Source: Anaerolineae bacterium (GTDB lineage Bacteria > Chloroflexota > Anaerolineae > S140-20). From it: 11,743 nucleotides of DNA. Position numbers and translations under genes: made by a program. The notes beneath the pieces were generated by a model. That model saw only the letters and a list, made by a program, of their open reading frames with translations. It searched no databases and was not told the DNA's origin. Below are positions 7,027 through 11,743 of the stretch, piece by piece (positions within the stretch are counted from its first letter, which is position 1; the number at the start of each line of letters is the position of its first letter). Where the stretch lies: the NCBI GenBank assembly GCA_027021705.1, contig JALUTT010000061.1:1-11743 (forward strand), given 5' to 3'.

Positions 7027-7106
7027 CTTCCGTTCTCAAATCCGCTGGCAGCCTTCCGTTCCCAAACGAACTGCTGTCAACGGATTAAGAGCGGATTGAA
7101 CGGAGA
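7027..7106. repeat. Imperfect long inverted repeat built from TCCG(T/C)T / A(A/G)CGGA units, between hicB and gltX
   Basis: AATCCGCTGGCAGC (7039-7052) pairs with GCTGTCAACGGATT (7073-7086) at 12/14, extendable outward; CTTCCGTTC is repeated at 7027 and 7053. Confidence 0.65.
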
Positions 7107-7143
7107 GAAGTGTTCCCGCAGGAAACGATTCGACCGGTCAGCA

Positions 7144-7335
7144 TCACCTTGAAGAAGTACTAGTCTCCCGGCGTGCCAACTCTCGATTGGCTTCGATGAT
7201 GAGCTGGACGGTCTCTTTCAGGTTCTCCCGCACCTCTTCAAGGGTCCGGCCTTGGGCGTTTGCCCCCGGCAACTCTTCCACGTACCCGATCCACCAGTTT
7301 CCCTCTCGCTCGTAGACGGCAGTAAGCTTGATCAT
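7144..7335 (-). CDS. hicB: HicB-family antitoxin-like protein, 63 aa, orphan and possibly C-terminally truncated
   Basis: MIKLTAVYEREGNWWIGYVEELPGANAQGRTLEEVRENLKETVQLIIE fits the HicB 'LPG..QG.TLEE...NL.E' pattern; ATG at 7335 with SD GGGGAG. The ORF-track extension to 7578 is repeat translation. Confidence 0.85.
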   Translation of the reverse strand: MIKLTAVYEREGNWWIGYVEELPGANAQGRTLEEVRENLKETVQLIIEANRELARRETSTSSR

Positions 7336-7346
7336 CGCGCTCCCCT

Positions 7347-7494
7347 GGACGACCGCCGACCACCGACGGCCGACCGCCGACTGAGGACCGAGGACCGAGG
7401 ACCATCCGACCACCTGACCAACTGGCCACTCGACCACCCGACCAAGCGACCAAGCGACCAACTGAGGACTAAGGACTGCGGACCGCGGACCGCA
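7347..7494 (+). repeat. Short tandem repeat array C: seven 7-mers (GACCGCC/GACYGAG types), eight 8-mers GACCANNN, four 7-mers
   Basis: 7-nt phase at 7351-7399, 8-nt phase at 7400-7463, 7-nt phase at 7467-7494; overlaps the DUF362 stop codon. Confidence 0.95.
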
Positions 7495-8500
7495 TTTCAA
7501 GCGGCAATTGCCAGTGGTACTGGCGGTCGGTGCTGGGATGAGGGCAGAAGGAGCGGGCGACCGCCTCCGGGTCGGCATTGCCCACCACCTCCACCGCCTC
7601 GGGATCGGGCCAGAGCCCCATCCGGCGCAGGTGGTGCAGATACCCCACCCGCTCCGGGTCGAAGCCCATCAGCCGGGTCGTGAGCCAGTCCACGGCCAAG
7701 GGGTTGGTGCCGGCCAGGGCGATCCGCCAGGTGACCGGATCGCCGGCCGTGGGACCGCTTCCCTCCATCCCGACGTAGCCGTCTATGACGGCCAGGTGGG
7801 GTGCGACGCGCGGAGCGATGAGGGCCAGGTTCAGGTTGATGGCCGGATAGCCCTGGTGCATCGCCATCTTGTGGGAGCCGTGATCCCCAGAACCCGGGGC
7901 TCCCGCCGTCCCGTCCCAGCGCAGGACCTGCATCTCCCGCAGACGGCGCAGGGTCTCCGGGCTCCCCACCAGCCGGCTATCCCCCCCACGGGCTCGGGGG
8001 TTGACCAGCGCCCCCATCACCATGTTCTTCAGGGCGAGGGTCACGACCACCGTGTCGTGGGTCTTGGGCGGCCCAACGGAGATGCGGTAGTCGGCCTCCA
8101 CCACCGTTCGGGCCAGGTGCAGGGTGAGGGGACGGAAGCGGCGGTCGTAGACGGTCACGGGCACCGTCTCATCGGCGTTCAGGTCCAGCAGCACCACGTC
8201 GTAGGCCTCGACCAGGGGGAGGTAGCCGAAGTGGCGGAAGCCCTCCATCGTGTCGGAGATGGCCGCGCCCTCGGCGATGACGATGGGGCCATCGTAGCGG
8301 GCCCGCAGGAAGTCCAGGAGCGCCCGGACCGCCTCCACGTGGGTGGCGGCAAGCTGCCGGCGGGTGGAGACGAAGTTGGGCTTGATCAGCAGGTAGCGGG
8401 CCGCCCCCAGGTCCACCTGGTCGGCGACCAGCCGCAACGCCTGGGCCACGTTCTCGTACCGTTCCTCGCCTTGAACCAGGGCGATTCGCGTCATTGTCAT
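7469..8500 (-). CDS. DUF362 domain-containing protein (no appended ferredoxin domain)
   Basis: LLIKPNFV, IAEG, PKTH..VVTLALKNM, VIDG..GMEG.GP..GDP, NPLAVD motifs typical of DUF362; 343 aa. Confidence 0.85.
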   Translation of the reverse strand: MTMTRIALVQGEERYENVAQALRLVADQVDLGAARYLLIKPNFVSTRRQLAATHVEAVRALLDFLRARYDGPIVIAEGAAISDTMEGFRHFGYLPLVEAYDVVLLDLNADETVPVTVYDRRFRPLTLHLARTVVEADYRISVGPPKTHDTVVVTLALKNMVMGALVNPRARGGDSRLVGSPETLRRLREMQVLRWDGTAGAPGSGDHGSHKMAMHQGYPAINLNLALIAPRVAPHLAVIDGYVGMEGSGPTAGDPVTWRIALAGTNPLAVDWLTTRLMGFDPERVGYLHHLRRMGLWPDPEAVEVVGNADPEAVARSFCPHPSTDRQYHWQLPLEMRSAVRSP

Positions 8501-8502
8501 CC

Positions 8503-8595
8503 GACCCTCCGACCACTACGACCGCCGGACGACCGCCGACCGCCGACGGCGGACCACCGACCATCCGACCACCCGACCACCCGACCACTCGACCA
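8503..8595 (+). repeat. Short tandem repeat array D (GACCGCC 7-mers and GACCANNN 8-mers) filling the rodA-DUF362 gap
   Basis: Units gaccctcc, gaccactac, gaccgccg, gaccgcc x2, gacggcg, gaccacc, gaccatcc, gaccaccc x2, gaccactc, gacca, abutting the rodA stop at 8596. Confidence 0.93.
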
Positions 8596-9711
8596 TCAAA
8601 AATCCAACTTCCGATACCGCATCACCACGCTTTCCACCAGCCCCAGCCCCAGGAGCAGGGAGAGCAGGGCGCTGCGCCCGTAGCTGACGAAGGGGAGCGG
8701 GATGCCGGTCACCGGCAGCAGCCCCAGGTTCATCCCGATGTTGACCGTGGCTTGGAAGAAGATGAGGGTGGCGATCCCCACGGCGATGAGCCGGCCAAAG
8801 GTGTCCCGGGCCAGGAGCGCCGCCCGGCAGGCCCGATAGACGATGAAGGCCAGCAGGAGCATCAGCAGCGTCCCGCCCAGGAAGCCCATCTCCTCGCCGA
8901 TGACGGAAAAGATGAAATCGGTGTGCCGCACCTTCAGAAAGTGGAGCTGGCTCTGGCTCCCCCGGGCGAACCCCTTCCCCAGCCACCCGCCGGAGCCGAT
9001 GGCGATGCGGGCCTGGTCAATGTTGTACTGGGTGTCGGGGTCGTTGATCAGCCCCAGGAACTGCAGGACCCGCTTGTGCTGGTAGGGCTCCAGTTGGGAC
9101 CAGATGAGCGGGGTGGCCAGGGCGACGATGAGGAAGAGCAGCAGCAGGTGACGAAGCCGCATCCCGGCGGTGAAGGCCATCGCCAGCCAGATGACCAGGA
9201 GGACGATGGCGGTGCTCAGGTCCGGCTGCTGAAAGATGAGGAGGGCCGGCAGGGCGATGTAGGCCAGGGAGAGCAGCACCGTGCGCAAGCGCCCCATCCG
9301 GGCCTCCCGCCGGGCCAGGAAGTGGGCCAGGGCGATGATGATCATCAGCTTGGCGAACTCGGAGGGCTGGAAGGTGACCCCCCCGATGGAAACCCACCGT
9401 TTGGCCCCCAACTGCTCGTAGCCGAAGAGGCGGGTGAGGAGCAGGACCAGGTTGGCGGTGACGTAGATGGGCTTCTCCAGGCTGCCCAGAAGCTGGTAGT
9501 CGAGGGCGGCCAGGGCGACGATGCCCACCAGCCCCACGACGGCGAAGGTGGCCTGTTTCCAGACCAGGTCCTGCCGGTCCGGCGTGCCGATGTTGGCGCT
9601 GTAGATCATCGCCAGCCCGAAGAAGGTCACGGCCACCGTCGCGGCCAGCAGGCCGTAGTCGAAATGTCGCCAGAGGCGGCGTTGCCAGTGGGTGGGGTCT
9701 CCGGCAGCCAT
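8596..9711 (-). CDS. rodA: Rod shape-determining protein RodA (SEDS family)
   Basis: Multi-TM protein with GAKRW, FQPSEFAK, QPDLSTA, AIGSGG..GKG, HTDFIFSVIGEE.G, PVTGIPLPFVSYG; follows minE. Start placed at ATG 9711 (371 aa). Confidence 0.92.
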   Translation of the reverse strand: MAAGDPTHWQRRLWRHFDYGLLAATVAVTFFGLAMIYSANIGTPDRQDLVWKQATFAVVGLVGIVALAALDYQLLGSLEKPIYVTANLVLLLTRLFGYEQLGAKRWVSIGGVTFQPSEFAKLMIIIALAHFLARREARMGRLRTVLLSLAYIALPALLIFQQPDLSTAIVLLVIWLAMAFTAGMRLRHLLLLFLIVALATPLIWSQLEPYQHKRVLQFLGLINDPDTQYNIDQARIAIGSGGWLGKGFARGSQSQLHFLKVRHTDFIFSVIGEEMGFLGGTLLMLLLAFIVYRACRAALLARDTFGRLIAVGIATLIFFQATVNIGMNLGLLPVTGIPLPFVSYGRSALLSLLLGLGLVESVVMRYRKLDF

Positions 9712-9722
9712 CAGGGACCTTG

Positions 9723-9989
9723 TCACCGGGCCTGGTGTTTCCTCGATCCGCCCAGCAGCGGGATGTCGGCGACCAGCCGGCTCTCCCGTCCGTCCTGGGT
9801 GAAGTGGACCTCGACGCCCTCCCGATCTATCTCCACGTGGCGGGAGATGACGGCGATAATCTCGTCCTTGATCTGCTCCAGCACGCCCGGCGAGATGTTG
9901 GCCCGGTCGTGGACGAGGACCAACTGAAGCCGCTGCTTGGCCACATCCCGGCTGGAGGGGCCACCCCGGAAGCGATCGAAGAAGCCCAT
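9723..9989 (-). CDS. minE: Cell division topological specificity factor MinE
   Basis: AKQRLQLVLVHDR and IKDEIIAVISRHV motifs; TAATG coupling with minD. Confidence 0.96.
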   Translation of the reverse strand: MGFFDRFRGGPSSRDVAKQRLQLVLVHDRANISPGVLEQIKDEIIAVISRHVEIDREGVEVHFTQDGRESRLVADIPLLGGSRKHQAR

Positions 9990-10804
9990 TACACGCCTCC
10001 TTCCGTACCGCCACCAAAGGCCAGGCGTTTCAACCGTTGCAGGAATCCACCGGAAGGCGTGAGAGGCAGGAAGGGCACCTCTTCGCCCAGGAGCCGACGG
10101 GCGATGTTGCGAAAGGCTTGGCCGGCCGGCGAGCGACCGTTCAGCACCGCCGGCACGCCCCGGTTGGTGGAGACCAGGATCGTCTCATCCTCGGGGACGA
10201 TGCCGATCAGAGGGATGGCCAGGATCTCAACCACGTCGGCGGTGGTCAGCATATCCCCCCGCTGGACCATCTCCGGCTTGATCCGGTTGATGATCAGCCG
10301 TCCCGGCCCCTTGCCTTCGGCCTCGATGAGGCCGATGATCCGGTCTGCGTCGCGCACGGCGGCCACTTCGGGGTTGGTGATGATGAGGACTTCGTCGGCG
10401 GGGGCCAGGGCGTTGCGGAACCCCCGCTCGATGCCGGCGGGAGAATCAATGAGGATGAAATCGAAGTGGGAGCGCAACTGGTCCGTCAGGCGCACCATAT
10501 CGGTGGGGCTGACCGCTGTCTTATCCCGGGTCTGGGCAGCAGGGAGCAAGAAGAGGCCTGACAGCCGCTTGTCGCGGATCAGCGCCTGGCGGAGCTTGCA
10601 GCGTCCCTCCACCACATCCACCAGGTCGTAGACGATGCGGTTCTCCAACCCCATCACCACATCCAGATTGCGCAGGCCGATGTCGGCATCCACCGCCACC
10701 ACCTGTTTGCCCAGTTGGGCCAGCGCTGCGCTCAGGTTGGCCACCGCCGTCGTCTTGCCCACGCCTCCCTTACCGGATGTCACCACAAGGATCCGAGCTG
10801 CCAT
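9989..10804 (-). CDS. minD: Septum site-determining ATPase MinD
   Basis: SGKGGVGKTT, DIGLRNLD, DSPAGIE, C-terminal amphipathic helix GFLQRLKRL. Confidence 0.98.
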   Translation of the reverse strand: MAARILVVTSGKGGVGKTTAVANLSAALAQLGKQVVAVDADIGLRNLDVVMGLENRIVYDLVDVVEGRCKLRQALIRDKRLSGLFLLPAAQTRDKTAVSPTDMVRLTDQLRSHFDFILIDSPAGIERGFRNALAPADEVLIITNPEVAAVRDADRIIGLIEAEGKGPGRLIINRIKPEMVQRGDMLTTADVVEILAIPLIGIVPEDETILVSTNRGVPAVLNGRSPAGQAFRNIARRLLGEEVPFLPLTPSGGFLQRLKRLAFGGGTEGGV

Positions 10805-10848
10805 ATCCCCTACTCCTTGTCCCCTACGTCCGCTCAGGACGACGGGGG

Positions 10849-11547
10849 CTACCGCGCCGCTTTGCTGAACTCGTGATGGGCCCAGGGCGTCGCCACGATC
10901 TGCCCATCCTGGACCATCGCCATCTCGGGCTGGGGCTCCCGCCGCCGCTCTTCGGGAGAGCGGGTGATGTAGCTGCCGATGCGCAACTGGGTGGGAGCCA
11001 GGTCTAGGGCACAGACCACCGCCCGTTCATTCCCTCCGGCGCCCGCGTGTACCGTTCCCTGCAGCCGTCCCCAGACGATCACGTGCCCCCCGGCCACGAT
11101 CTCCGCCCCCGGATTGACGTCGCCCAGGATGATAATGTGGCCGGGGTACTCGATGCGCTGCCCGGAGCGAAGCGTCCGCTGAATCACCAACCCGGTCTCC
11201 TGGACCGCCTCCTCAGGAGACGGAGGGAAGCGGGACCCGGAGGAAGCTGAGGAGATCTCCTGAGTCAACCCTAGGGCCCGGCTAGCTGCTACCGTCCCCT
11301 CATCCCGCCCGTGCAGGGCCAGGAGAAGCACGTCGTGGCGGACCAGGAGGTCTCGGACCTGCCGGATGGCCGCCTCGTCCAGCGGACGGTCACCGACCTC
11401 CAAGATCACCCGGCCACCCTTAAAGAAAGCGGGGTTGGCGGTCAGGCGCTGCTCCAGCTCGGCCAACACCGCCGTCCAGGGGCCGGCCTCGGTCAGCGTG
11501 ACGAGCAACCCTTCGCGGATGCCTTTGATGGTCACCGCTTCGGACAT
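10849..11547 (-). CDS. minC: Septum site-determining protein MinC
   Basis: VTIKGIREGL N-terminus and RTLRSGQ..GDVNPGAEIVAGG..VWGRLQGTVHAG beta-helix; ATG 11547 preceded by AAGGAG is preferred over GTG 11574. Confidence 0.95.
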   Translation of the reverse strand: MSEAVTIKGIREGLLVTLTEAGPWTAVLAELEQRLTANPAFFKGGRVILEVGDRPLDEAAIRQVRDLLVRHDVLLLALHGRDEGTVAASRALGLTQEISSASSGSRFPPSPEEAVQETGLVIQRTLRSGQRIEYPGHIIILGDVNPGAEIVAGGHVIVWGRLQGTVHAGAGGNERAVVCALDLAPTQLRIGSYITRSPEERRREPQPEMAMVQDGQIVATPWAHHEFSKAAR

Positions 11548-11577
11548 CGCTTTGCGACTCCTTCCAGACCGCACTTC

Positions 11578-11605
11578 ATTATAGCACAGGATGGGCTTTT
11601 GGAAA
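11578..11605 (-). promoter_or_regulatory. Extended -10 promoter (TGcTATAAT) for minCDE-rodA
   Basis: Perfect TGnTATAAT at 11586-11578 in a GC-rich background, 30 nt upstream of the minC ATG; weak -35 TTTCCA at 11605-11600. Confidence 0.75.
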
Positions 11606-11623
11606 AACGATCATCGGCGACCG

Positions 11624-11743
11624 TCACGAGTTTGGGACCTCATTCTGAGTTACCTCCAAAGGCCAGACAACGCTCAGGCCGGCGCAAAGAGAAGCCATCG
11701 GCACCTGGCTGATGTCGTAGCCGGCCAACTCCAGCGGGCACTT
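11624..11743 (-). CDS. 3' end of an unidentified gene entering from outside the window (...KCPLELAGYDISQVPMASLCAGLSVVWPLEVTQNEVPNS*)
   Basis: Manual translation gives an open frame from the window edge to TGA at 11626-11624; protein-like composition, no recognisable motif. Confidence 0.5.
   Translation of the reverse strand, partial: KCPLELAGYDISQVPMASLCAGLSVVWPLEVTQNEVPNS

Noticed and set aside
6979..7143. T-box riboswitch or sigma70 promoter upstream of gltX
   Set aside because: The T-box-like GGGTGGTA (7017-7024) is on the non-coding strand and there is no terminator U-tract; the minus-strand TTGACA (7080-7075) has no -10 at the proper spacing.
7336..7578. N-terminal extension of hicB to 7578
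   Set aside because: It runs through array C and the DUF362 end; the ATG at 7335 has its own SD.
9712..10017. N-terminal extension of rodA to 10017 in the ORF track
   Set aside because: It overlaps all of minE in another frame; SEDS-like sequence begins only after ATG 9711.

Overview
GC-rich bacterial window; a Chloroflexota/Anaerolineae-like origin is an inference from gene content and protein style. Nearly all genes form one minus-strand run: minC-minD-minE-rodA-[repeat array]-DUF362 protein-[repeat array]-orphan hicB-[palindrome]-gltX-herA-[97-bp multibranched palindrome]-mntA-hepT-mre11/sbcD-[repeat array]-MBL hydrolase. This run converges on a plus-strand stand-alone ModE-type wHTH gene that is itself preceded by a repeat array. 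The left edge holds the promoter and first 17 codons of a gene resembling an IS630-type transposase; the right edge holds the last 39 codons of an unidentified gene. The most unusual feature is a family of four intergenic arrays built from phased 8-mers (GACCA+NNN) and 7-mers (GACCGCC, GACYGAG, GGGGCAA). They sit only beside accessory-looking genes, bracket them as direct or inverted repeats, and supply a ribosome-binding site and a stop codon. Two toxin-antitoxin-type insertions (HepT/MntA and an orphan HicB) each lie next to a structured palindrome inside the housekeeping run. herA and mre11 are present without nurA or rad50/sbcC in the window.
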